A stretch of 64,000 nt of DNA, from assembly GCA_045646345.1 (NCBI GenBank), contig JAZRKN010000001.1:233531-297530 (forward strand), in the 5' to 3' direction. Shown piece after piece: positions 42,557 to 51,416 of the stretch (the first letter of the stretch is position 1; each line of letters starts with the position of its first letter). The notes below the pieces were generated by a model, which saw nothing but the letters and a program-made list of their open reading frames with translations, made no database searches and was not told where the DNA came from. A program made the position numbers and the translations under genes. This DNA comes from Candidatus Scatovivens sp. GTDB taxonomy: Bacteria; Bacillota; Clostridia; TANB77; CAG-508.

Positions 42557-44323
42557 TTATTTTTTTACATCTAATTTTATATGAACTTCTCTTAATTGTT
42601 TTTCAGTAACTTCTCCTGGTGCCCCCATTAATAAATCTTGTGCTTTTGAGTTCATTGGGAATGCAATAACTTCTCTTATTGATTCTTCTCCTGCTAAAAG
42701 CATTAATATTCTATCAACACCTGGTGCAATACCAGCATGAGGTGGCGCTCCATAATGAAATGCTTTAAATAATGCTGCAAATTTTGTTTTGATATCTTCT
42801 TCAGTGTATCCTGCAATTTCAAAAGCTTTAATCATAACTTCTGGATCATGGTTTCTTACTGCACCAGAAGAAAGTTCTATACCATTACATACAATATCAT
42901 ATTGATATGCATATATATCTAATGGATCTTTTGATTCCAATGCATCTAAACCACCTTGTGGCATTGAAAATGGGTTATGACAAAAATCAATTTTTCCACT
43001 ATCTGTTAATTCATACATTGGAAAATCAACTATCCAACAGAATTTATAAACTGAATCATCTATTAATCCTTGTCTTTTTCCTATTTCTTTTCTAATTTCT
43101 CCAGCTAGTTTTTCGACAATACCTTTATGCTCTGCTATAAAGAATACACTGTCTCCAACTTCTGTTCCAGTTTGTTTCATAAACTCTTTTCTTGATTCTT
43201 CATCAATAAATTTTGCAATCGGACCTTGCCATTCTCCATCTTCTAAGATTTTTATCCAAGCTAATCCTTTTGCTTTACATTCATCTATTGCAAATTCTGT
43301 CATACCATCATAGAAAGATCTTTCTACAGCTGCTCCTTTTGGAAGTGTAATTGTTCTTACTATTTTTCCACTAAATACTTTTATATCTATTTTTTCAAAA
43401 ATACTTGTTACATCTTTTATTTCTAATGGGTTTCTTAAATCTGGTTTATCAGAACCATATTTAAGCATAGCTTCTTCATATGCTATTCTTGGGAATGGAT
43501 ATTCAGCAACTTTTTTATCAGAAAATTTTGTAAATGTATCATACATAACTTTTTCCATTACTGAAAATACATCTTCTTGTGTAGCAAACGCCATTTCCAT
43601 ATCTAATTGATAGAATTCTCCTGGAGATCTATCTGCTCTTGAATCTTCATCTCTAAAACATGGTGCTATTTGGAAATATTTATCAACACCAGATACCATT
43701 AATAATTGTTTAAATTGTTGTGGTGCTTGTGGAAGCGCATAGAATTTTCCTGGATACATTCTACTTGGTACTAAATAATCTCTCGCACCTTCTGGTGATG
43801 AACTTGTAAGGATTGGAGTTTGAACTTCTAAAAATCCTTGTTCTATCATTTTTAATCTTAAATATTGAATTAATTCAGCTCTTAACTTTAAGTTTTCTAA
43901 GTTTTTTCTTTCTCTTAAATCTAAGAATCTATATTCTAGTCTTAAATCTTCTCTAACACTTCTACTTGATTCAATTTCAAATGGAAGTTGTTTTGTTCTT
44001 TTTCCTAGAATTTCGATTTTATCTGCAAATAATTCTACAGTTCCAGTTTCTAATTTTAAGTTTACTGTTTCTTCATCTCTTAATCTTACTTTACCAGAAA
44101 CTGATATTGTAGATTCAGTTGGAATTTTTGAGGCAAATTCAACTTTTTCCTCATCTCCTGAAACTACTACTTGAGTTACTCCATATTGATCTCTTAAATC
44201 AATAAATAAAACTCCACCTAAATCTCTTATTGTGTCTACCCATCCTGCTAATTTGATTTCTTCTCCTACGTGTTTTTCACGAATTTCTGAACACTTATAT
44301 GTTCTGTACTTGTTTCCTTTCAT
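42557..44323 (-). CDS. aspS: Aspartyl-tRNA synthetase (possibly non-discriminating Asp/Asn)
   Basis: PEGARDYLVPSR, ALPQAPQQFKQLLM, CFRDED, GAPPHAG. Confidence 0.96.
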   Translation of the reverse strand: MKGNKYRTYKCSEIREKHVGEEIKLAGWVDTIRDLGGVLFIDLRDQYGVTQVVVSGDEEKVEFASKIPTESTISVSGKVRLRDEETVNLKLETGTVELFADKIEILGKRTKQLPFEIESSRSVREDLRLEYRFLDLRERKNLENLKLRAELIQYLRLKMIEQGFLEVQTPILTSSSPEGARDYLVPSRMYPGKFYALPQAPQQFKQLLMVSGVDKYFQIAPCFRDEDSRADRSPGEFYQLDMEMAFATQEDVFSVMEKVMYDTFTKFSDKKVAEYPFPRIAYEEAMLKYGSDKPDLRNPLEIKDVTSIFEKIDIKVFSGKIVRTITLPKGAAVERSFYDGMTEFAIDECKAKGLAWIKILEDGEWQGPIAKFIDEESRKEFMKQTGTEVGDSVFFIAEHKGIVEKLAGEIRKEIGKRQGLIDDSVYKFCWIVDFPMYELTDSGKIDFCHNPFSMPQGGLDALESKDPLDIYAYQYDIVCNGIELSSGAVRNHDPEVMIKAFEIAGYTEEDIKTKFAALFKAFHYGAPPHAGIAPGVDRILMLLAGEESIREVIAFPMNSKAQDLLMGAPGEVTEKQLREVHIKLDVKK

Positions 44324-44364
44324 AATTTGCTCCTTTTCTTTTATAGGGACGTAAGTTATAAAAC

Positions 44365-44615
44365 AAAAGAGCCATCGTCTCTGTAACTTCTGTTACAGGG
44401 ACGAAAGCTCATAACTTCCGCGGTGCCACCCTATTTGAAAATGTTTCAAGGAATAAAAACATTTCCCACTTTTAAAATAAAACATTGCATACAAAATTTA
44501 CAATATTTTAAGTTTGCTCCAATGTGTTTCACATATCAACCTTTATTTAAAACGCTCTCAGCCAATGGCGTTTTTTCTCTGTAAAATAGTATTTGATAGC
44601 TTTCATCTTCATCGC
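44365..44615 (-). promoter_or_regulatory. T-box riboswitch upstream of aspS
   Basis: AGGGTGGCACCGCG T-box (44432-44419), AGAGA and GCTGAGA stem I motifs, terminator 44365-44410. Confidence 0.92.
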
Positions 44616-44763
44616 AAAATATTTAACTAATATTTATTATACACTATCTTCTAGTATTATGTCAAGTTTTTTGATTTTTATAAACATTAAAGCCTCATGT
44701 AAAACATGTCCGCTCTATTTCAACAAAAAAGAAGACATCTTTCGATACCTTCTTTTCATTATT

Positions 44764-45855
44764 TTATTCATATACAAACCATAAGCCTTCTTTTTTTAAC
44801 TTGTTTATCATTTGATTATGTTCTGTATTATTTTTAGTAAAATATACTTTTCCATTTTTATCAGCAACAAAATAATATGCATCCGTTTCGGTATAATCTA
44901 ACGCAGCTTCTATAGCTGTTTTGCTTGGATTACATATTGGTCCAATCGGAATTTTTCCTCCCATATTTGGTCCTCTTGTATTATATGGATTTTCAGTATT
45001 CAATTCTTTTACTGTTAGATCTCTATCTCCCATATCTACTTTAAATGCATAGTATGTAGATACATCGCTTCCTAAACTCATCCCATCATATATTCTATTA
45101 AAAAACACTCCAACAATTTCTTTTCTATCTTCTAATGATTTTCCTTCAAGTTCTGCTAGCGAAGCCATTGTTAATAATTGATGCATTGTTAAGTCATTAT
45201 TTTCAATATCTTCTTTATAAGTATTTAAGAATTTTTCAGTAAAGTTTAAGATAACATTAAAGATATATTTTACTGATACATCTTTGTTTTCAAAAACATA
45301 TGTATCTGGTAATAAATAACCTTCTAAAGGATAATAAATATCTTTTTGTTTCACTTCGTCTGTTATAAACCAATATTTTTCAATTAATGAATCAATATAT
45401 TCTTCATCTTTTAATAAATCATATACATCTTTTTCGGTATTATTTGTTTTACTCGCAATTGTTTTTGCAATCCATCTAATATTTTTACCTTCAATAAATG
45501 TAATTTTAACACTATCATCAGCAACTTCCCCATTAACAATATGAGTTACTATATCTTGAGTATTTTCTTCTGGACTCAAGTCATAAATACCAGCTTGAAG
45601 ATTATTCAATCCATTAATTTTAGTATAAATTTTCATTGCAACTGCACTTTTAATAATTTTTGATTCTTGAAGCAATTCAGCAATTTGAGATGCTCCCATT
45701 CCTTCTTTTATTTCTACTCTTATAACTTCTTTTTCTTCATTTCCTGTAGGTTCTTTTAATGAATTTAGGCTCATATTATACCAAACTATCGCACCTACAC
45801 AACCTATAACTACAAGTAATAAAACTACTATTATAAATTTTACAAATCCTTTCAT
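44764..45855 (-). CDS. mltG: Endolytic transglycosylase MltG
   Basis: LEGYLLPDTY, ASLAELEG, PYNTR, GPICNPS. Confidence 0.92.
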   Translation of the reverse strand: MKGFVKFIIVVLLLVVIGCVGAIVWYNMSLNSLKEPTGNEEKEVIRVEIKEGMGASQIAELLQESKIIKSAVAMKIYTKINGLNNLQAGIYDLSPEENTQDIVTHIVNGEVADDSVKITFIEGKNIRWIAKTIASKTNNTEKDVYDLLKDEEYIDSLIEKYWFITDEVKQKDIYYPLEGYLLPDTYVFENKDVSVKYIFNVILNFTEKFLNTYKEDIENNDLTMHQLLTMASLAELEGKSLEDRKEIVGVFFNRIYDGMSLGSDVSTYYAFKVDMGDRDLTVKELNTENPYNTRGPNMGGKIPIGPICNPSKTAIEAALDYTETDAYYFVADKNGKVYFTKNNTEHNQMINKLKKEGLWFVYE

Positions 45856-45904
45856 TCATTCATCCTTATATTATTATATTTAGATTTTTTAAAAACCTAT
45901 AAAA

Positions 45905-47095
45905 CTATTTTTCAAGAATATAATCTACTACACCTTCTAATCTAGACTTGTCCAAATTATTATTTAATGTAACCGCTACAAGCAGTCCTTCTTCTTTAAA
46001 TCTCGGAACTAATTCTAAAACAAATCTATAGAAACTATTAACATCATTTATAGAATCTAATTCTATATTTACGCCTATATAATTGTATTTTAATAATTTT
46101 GTTTTTAAATCGTTTATAACAGTACTTCTTTGAGAATAACTTAGCAAATTATTAGATACACTGTCATTGTTTGAAAATGTTGGTAATATTTTTAATCCAT
46201 TATTATCAGCCCAATTTTTATAAATAGAATATGTAGCAGTTGAACTTGTTGTTTTATCTAGTACTTTACTATTTTTTTCTAAGTAGAAAAACGTTGGCGT
46301 TACTACATTCAATTTTTTACTATCTACATTCTCTACACTATCATATACTCCAGATATATTAGAATAATTTCTATATACATTTATTTTTGCTAATTCATTC
46401 TTTACATCTTCTCTGATTACTTTTTCTTCTGATAATTTATTTGTTTTTATATAACCAATATTTCCTAATGCTGTTCTTACTTTTTTATAATTCCCATCAG
46501 TTTCAATAATTATTAATTTGTCACCTATTATTACTTTTTCTAATTTAACTCCAAATAATCCTTTTTTAGTTTCTATTTTATTTCTTTTCATTACAGTAGC
46601 TTCAACTTTGGCTTTAGTTGTTGAATCCATTATAATTCTGTTACTTTTTTCAGAATATTTTATTTCCAAATCATAAACATCTGACAAATCAGTAATTGGA
46701 ATATATACTTCATTTTTTGTTTCGTATAATTTTCCATTTAGTTTTACTATTTCGTCATTTATTTCAGCATATTCTTCATCAACTTTTAATAAAGCAACAT
46801 GCGTATTATATGTTGTTATTAATTCCTTTTCAGCTTGATTATAATAAATTGTTCCATCAAAAAGTTTTTGAATATCATCCTTTGAAAAGAATATATTTTT
46901 ATTATCATCAATTATAGGTTCATCTAATAATTCTATAAACTCGTTATTTAATAAAATTGTTAATTCTTTATATCTATTTTTATTTTTACTAATTTTAGAA
47001 CAAATGCAAATCATTATTACTAATATTATTGCTACAGCTATAATAATGCAACCTCTTACTTTTTGCATGTTTAGTTTTCTTTCTTCTTTAATCAT
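45905..47095 (-). CDS. Membrane-anchored protein with stalk/SH3-like region and truncated GH18-like domain
   Basis: TM helix, GNIGYIK, LNVVTPTFF, FYRFVLEL; lacks DxxDxDxE. Confidence 0.55.
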   Translation of the reverse strand: MIKEERKLNMQKVRGCIIIAVAIILVIMICICSKISKNKNRYKELTILLNNEFIELLDEPIIDDNKNIFFSKDDIQKLFDGTIYYNQAEKELITTYNTHVALLKVDEEYAEINDEIVKLNGKLYETKNEVYIPITDLSDVYDLEIKYSEKSNRIIMDSTTKAKVEATVMKRNKIETKKGLFGVKLEKVIIGDKLIIIETDGNYKKVRTALGNIGYIKTNKLSEEKVIREDVKNELAKINVYRNYSNISGVYDSVENVDSKKLNVVTPTFFYLEKNSKVLDKTTSSTATYSIYKNWADNNGLKILPTFSNNDSVSNNLLSYSQRSTVINDLKTKLLKYNYIGVNIELDSINDVNSFYRFVLELVPRFKEEGLLVAVTLNNNLDKSRLEGVVDYILEK

Positions 47096-47339
47096 TTGTT
47101 TTCTCCATATATTTTATTACCTTTTGGATTATATAATAAGCCTAAAAAAAAATCTACATTTTTTGACATAATTTTATTCATCCAAAATTGGTTAAGTCTG
47201 AAAATATAGTTTTTTACAAGATTATATAATTTATTTGTAAAAAATATTATTTTTTTGTAACATTTTCATTAATTTGTTTGAATATTATAATATTATATTG
47301 TATAATAGAAATGAAGTTTATTATTCTTTTTAGAATAGA

Positions 47340-47783
47340 TTGGAGGTTTATATGTGGCAATTTTGGTTAATCGCAGCAGGATTCTTCATTGTTCTTGAAA
47401 TCGCTACAATGGGATTCCTTGTATTTTGGTTTGCAATTGGTGCTTTAGCAGCATTAGTAATTAGCTTTGTAACTGATAGCATCTTAATCCAAGCATTAGT
47501 ATTTTTAGTTGTATCAACTCTTTTACTATTTGCAACAAAACCACTTGTAAATAAATTTTTACCAAACGATTCTTTAGTAAAAACAAATTCTTATTCTGTA
47601 GAAGGAAAAGTTGGAAAAGTAATAATTGACATTGAACCTATTGAAGGAAAAGGACAAGTAAAAGTTAGCGGTGAAACATGGTCTGCCAAATCAGCTGATG
47701 ACACATATATTCCAAAAGATACAGAAGTTATTGTTGAAAAAATCGAAGGCGTAAAAGTTATAGTAAAACCATTAAACAAATAA
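47340..47783 (+). CDS. NfeD-family protein
   Basis: Hydrophobic N-terminus, GQVKVSGETWSA; precedes the SPFH gene. Confidence 0.9.
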   Translation: MEVYMWQFWLIAAGFFIVLEIATMGFLVFWFAIGALAALVISFVTDSILIQALVFLVVSTLLLFATKPLVNKFLPNDSLVKTNSYSVEGKVGKVIIDIEPIEGKGQVKVSGETWSAKSADDTYIPKDTEVIVEKIEGVKVIVKPLNK

Positions 47784-47810
47784 AAAAATATATATTAGGA
47801 GGATTTTATA

Positions 47811-48722
47811 ATGGTAGTTATTTTAGTATTACTTGGTATCATAGCACTTATTGCTTACCATACCATAAAAGTTGTTAGACAATCTGAAGTTTATGTTATC
47901 GAAAGATTAGGTAGATTTCATAAAGTAGCAGATGCTGGTCTTACATTTATCATTCCACTTTTTGATAAAGTTCGTTCTGTTGTTAGTTTAAAACAACAAA
48001 CAATGGATATTCCACCACAAGGAGTTATCACATCAGATAACGTTACAATCACAATTGATACAGTTGTGTTCTACAAAATTACAGATCCTGCAAAAGCAGT
48101 TTATGAAATTCAAAGTTTGAAAAAAGGTATTGAATACTTAGCAATCACAACAATTCGTGATATCGTTGGTAAAATGGAATTAGACGAAACATTCTCTTCT
48201 AGAGATCAAATCAATGATAGATTAAGAGTAATCTTAGACGAAGCTACAGATCCTTGGGGATGTAAAATCGATAGAGTTGAAATTAAAGACATTACTCCAC
48301 CAGCAGACATTAGAGATGCGATGGAAAAACAAATGAACGCAGAAAGAAATAAAAGAGCTTTAATTCTTCAAGCAGAAGGAGAAAGACAATCTGCAATCAC
48401 TCTTGCTGAAGGTAGAAAAGAAGCTGCTATATTAGATGCTGAAGCTGATAGAGAATCTAGAATCAGAAGAGCTACTGGTGAAGCTGAAGCAATCAAACAA
48501 GTTGCTGAAGCTAAAGCTCAAGAAATTCAAAGAGTATATGATGCAATCAAAAAAGCTGATCCAAATGAAAAATTAGTTCAATTAAAATCATTAGAAGCAC
48601 TTCAAGAAGTTGCTAAAGGTGAAGCTAATAAAATCTTTATTCCATTTGAAGCTACAAAAGCACTTAGCAGTTTAGGCGCTATGTCAGATGTTGTAAAAGA
48701 GAAAAAAACAAATAAAGAATAA
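47811..48722 (+). CDS. SPFH/stomatin-like (QmcA) protein
   Basis: VIERLGRF, QGVITSDNV, AMEKQMNAERNKRA. Confidence 0.93.
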   Translation: MVVILVLLGIIALIAYHTIKVVRQSEVYVIERLGRFHKVADAGLTFIIPLFDKVRSVVSLKQQTMDIPPQGVITSDNVTITIDTVVFYKITDPAKAVYEIQSLKKGIEYLAITTIRDIVGKMELDETFSSRDQINDRLRVILDEATDPWGCKIDRVEIKDITPPADIRDAMEKQMNAERNKRALILQAEGERQSAITLAEGRKEAAILDAEADRESRIRRATGEAEAIKQVAEAKAQEIQRVYDAIKKADPNEKLVQLKSLEALQEVAKGEANKIFIPFEATKALSSLGAMSDVVKEKKTNKE

Positions 48723-48730
48723 AAATACAT

Positions 48731-48762
48731 AAGAACTGAAAGTTAAGCTTTCAGTTCTTTTT
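48731..48762. terminator. Bidirectional terminator
   Basis: AAGAACTGAAAG-ttaag-CTTTCAGTTCTT between convergent genes. Confidence 0.8.
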
Positions 48763-48764
48763 AT

Positions 48765-49907
48765 TTATCCATATCTTAAATTTTCTATAATTTCTTCTAA
48801 ACTTTCAATCAAATATTTTGTTTCTTCTAAATCATTATCTTTACCAAAAGTTATTCTCAAACCACTTCTTGCAAGATTTGTGGAAAGTCCAATCGCTACA
48901 AGAACTGGTGATGGATTCAATAGTCCTGCACTACATGCAGAACCACTTGATGCACAAATCCCTTTTTTATCAAGTTCAGTTATTAACTTACTACCATCAA
49001 CCCCTTTAAACAATATATTAGCATTTCCAGGTAATCTTTTTTCCAAATCCCCATTTATTTTTATATATTTAATTTTATTGCTTATTTCAGAAATATAAAA
49101 ATCTCTTAAACTCCTGATTTTTTGATTATTTTTATCCATATTTGAAACAGCAAGTTCCAGTGCAGTTCCTATTCCCACAATTCCAGGAACATTTTCAGTT
49201 CCAGCTCTTTTATTTTTTTCTTGATGTCCACCATCCTGAATTCTTATGAATGGGATATTTTCATTTATATATGCCGCACCAACACCTTTAGGTCCATAAA
49301 ATTTATGTGCAGACAAAGAAAGAGCACCAATATTATATTTTCTCACGTCTATATCAATCGTTCCAATTGCTTGAACACTATCTGTATGAAAATAAACTCC
49401 ATATTTTTTTGCTAACTCCCCTATCTCTTTTATTGGTTGAATAGTTCCTATTTCATTATTTGCAAACATTATACTTATTAATATTGTGTTTTTATTAATA
49501 CTCTTTTCTAATTCTTCTAAATCAACAATACCTTTTGAATCTACATTTATATAACTAATCTTAAATCCAAATTTTTCTAAAAATGAGCACGTATTTAAAA
49601 CAGCAGGATGTTCAATTTTACTTGTTATAATATGATTTCCTTTGTGTTTATTTGCAAATGCAATTCCTTTTATAATCATATTATTGCTTTCGCTACCACA
49701 ACTCGTAAAATATAATTCATTAACTTTGCAACCTAATATATTTGCCATTTTCATTCTATAAATATTTATGACTTCTTTATTTGATTTTCCAATACTATAT
49801 ATAGAAGAAGGATTTCCATATTCCTCATTAAAATACGGTATCATTGCTTCTAAAACCTTTTTATCAACTGGCGTTGTTGCAGAATGATCAAAATATTTTA
49901 TTTTCAT
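48765..49907 (-). CDS. Cysteine desulfurase (IscS/NifS type)
   Basis: YFDHSATTP, GNPSS, SAHKFYGPKG, RAGTEN, SSGSACS. Confidence 0.93.
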   Translation of the reverse strand: MKIKYFDHSATTPVDKKVLEAMIPYFNEEYGNPSSIYSIGKSNKEVINIYRMKMANILGCKVNELYFTSCGSESNNMIIKGIAFANKHKGNHIITSKIEHPAVLNTCSFLEKFGFKISYINVDSKGIVDLEELEKSINKNTILISIMFANNEIGTIQPIKEIGELAKKYGVYFHTDSVQAIGTIDIDVRKYNIGALSLSAHKFYGPKGVGAAYINENIPFIRIQDGGHQEKNKRAGTENVPGIVGIGTALELAVSNMDKNNQKIRSLRDFYISEISNKIKYIKINGDLEKRLPGNANILFKGVDGSKLITELDKKGICASSGSACSAGLLNPSPVLVAIGLSTNLARSGLRITFGKDNDLEETKYLIESLEEIIENLRYG

Positions 49908-49999
49908 TTCACACCTTCCTCCACTCTTAATTTATAACAATTATTTCTTTATATACTATGTAAAATTTTGAAAAATGTGAAAATAAAAAATCCCGAGAT

Positions 50000-50347
50000 T
50001 TATTCTTCTCGAGATTCCCATCTTTTTATTTTAATATCTTTATATTTATTTAAAATTTCCATATACTTTTGATAGTCTTCTTCCCAAAGTGCATCTGGCA
50101 CTTTTCCAAAAGCATCAAAAATAGTATCTGCCTCTTTCAAAAACAATACTTGTTGTTGAGGAGTTAACTTTTCATATTTTATTGAAAATGCATATAATTT
50201 ATTTAAAGTATCATTTGCTTTTATAAAAGACACAAAGTCATTAACTTCCATTCCAGCCATTTTTATTTGGTAAACTGCAAGAAGTGCTAAAAGCAATGCC
50301 ATTGTAACTAAAACGCAAATTATTAGTATTGCTATCAAAAATAACAC
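50000..50347 (-). CDS. Hypothetical membrane-anchored protein
   Basis: 115-aa ORF with N-terminal TM helix. Confidence 0.55.
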   Translation of the reverse strand: MLFLIAILIICVLVTMALLLALLAVYQIKMAGMEVNDFVSFIKANDTLNKLYAFSIKYEKLTPQQQVLFLKEADTIFDAFGKVPDALWEEDYQKYMEILNKYKDIKIKRWESREE

Positions 50348-50471
50348 CTATCTTTCTTTTGTTAAAACTAAAAAAATTATAACATATAGTTTTTTTTTAA
50401 TCAATATCTTGTAAAATTTTTATTATATGATATCATTTGGTTTGTATTTTAATTTTTTAAAGAGGTAAAAA

Positions 50472-51344
50472 ATGGAATCAAAAAAATTTAAAGACATAAA
50501 AAATGCTGGTCTTGCTGGAATAATAGGAAATATATTCTTACTATTAATAAAAGGAGCAATCGGAATAATAACACACAGTCAATCTATGATTGCAGATAGC
50601 GTTAATAGCGCCTCTGATATTATAGCTTCTCTTATGACTTTTATTGGTAATAAAATTTCAAGCGAACCAAAAGATAAAGATCATAACTTTGGTCATGGAA
50701 AAGCAGAATACATCTTTTCTTTATTTATAAGTATAACTATGATTTTAGTTTCTGTAAAATTATTAACAGATTCTGTTGTTTCATTAATAAATAAATCTTA
50801 TTTTGAATTTTCTTGGATTTTAATTATCGTTTGTATATTAACTATTGGTACTAAGCTAGGCTTATATATTTATACAAAAAATATGTTCAAAAAATATGAT
50901 AACATACTACTAAAATCCAATTATAAAGATCATAAAAATGATTGCTTAGTTACTACTTGTACTTTAATTTCAATCATATTTGGATATTGGGGCATTTACT
51001 GGGTTGATGGTATAGTAGGTATTGGTATTTCAATTTGGATTTTAATAACAGGTATTGGTATATTTAATGAAAGTTATAACATTCTTATGGATGTTTCATT
51101 AGACGAAGAAACAAAGAAAACAATTATTGATTTAGTTAAACGTCATGATGATATAAAAAACTGTTATAATTTATATTGCGCTCCTGTCGGTTATAAATAT
51201 TTAGTTGTATTTACCATTGCTGTAGATGGAGATATGACAACTTATGATAGCCACAAACTAGCAAATCATTTAGAAAAAGATGTTGAAAAATTAGATAAAA
51301 TTGATAAAGCAGTTGTTCACGTTCATCCAGTTAATTTAGATTAA
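50472..51344 (+). CDS. Cation diffusion facilitator transporter
   Basis: DHNFGHGKAE, six TM helices, VVHVHP. Confidence 0.92.
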   Translation: MESKKFKDIKNAGLAGIIGNIFLLLIKGAIGIITHSQSMIADSVNSASDIIASLMTFIGNKISSEPKDKDHNFGHGKAEYIFSLFISITMILVSVKLLTDSVVSLINKSYFEFSWILIIVCILTIGTKLGLYIYTKNMFKKYDNILLKSNYKDHKNDCLVTTCTLISIIFGYWGIYWVDGIVGIGISIWILITGIGIFNESYNILMDVSLDEETKKTIIDLVKRHDDIKNCYNLYCAPVGYKYLVVFTIAVDGDMTTYDSHKLANHLEKDVEKLDKIDKAVVHVHPVNLD

Positions 51345-51416
51345 TAAAAAAAGGGCCCAAATATAATATTGGGGCTCTTTTTATTTTTTTATATTAAAGG
51401 ATTACAAAATTAACTG

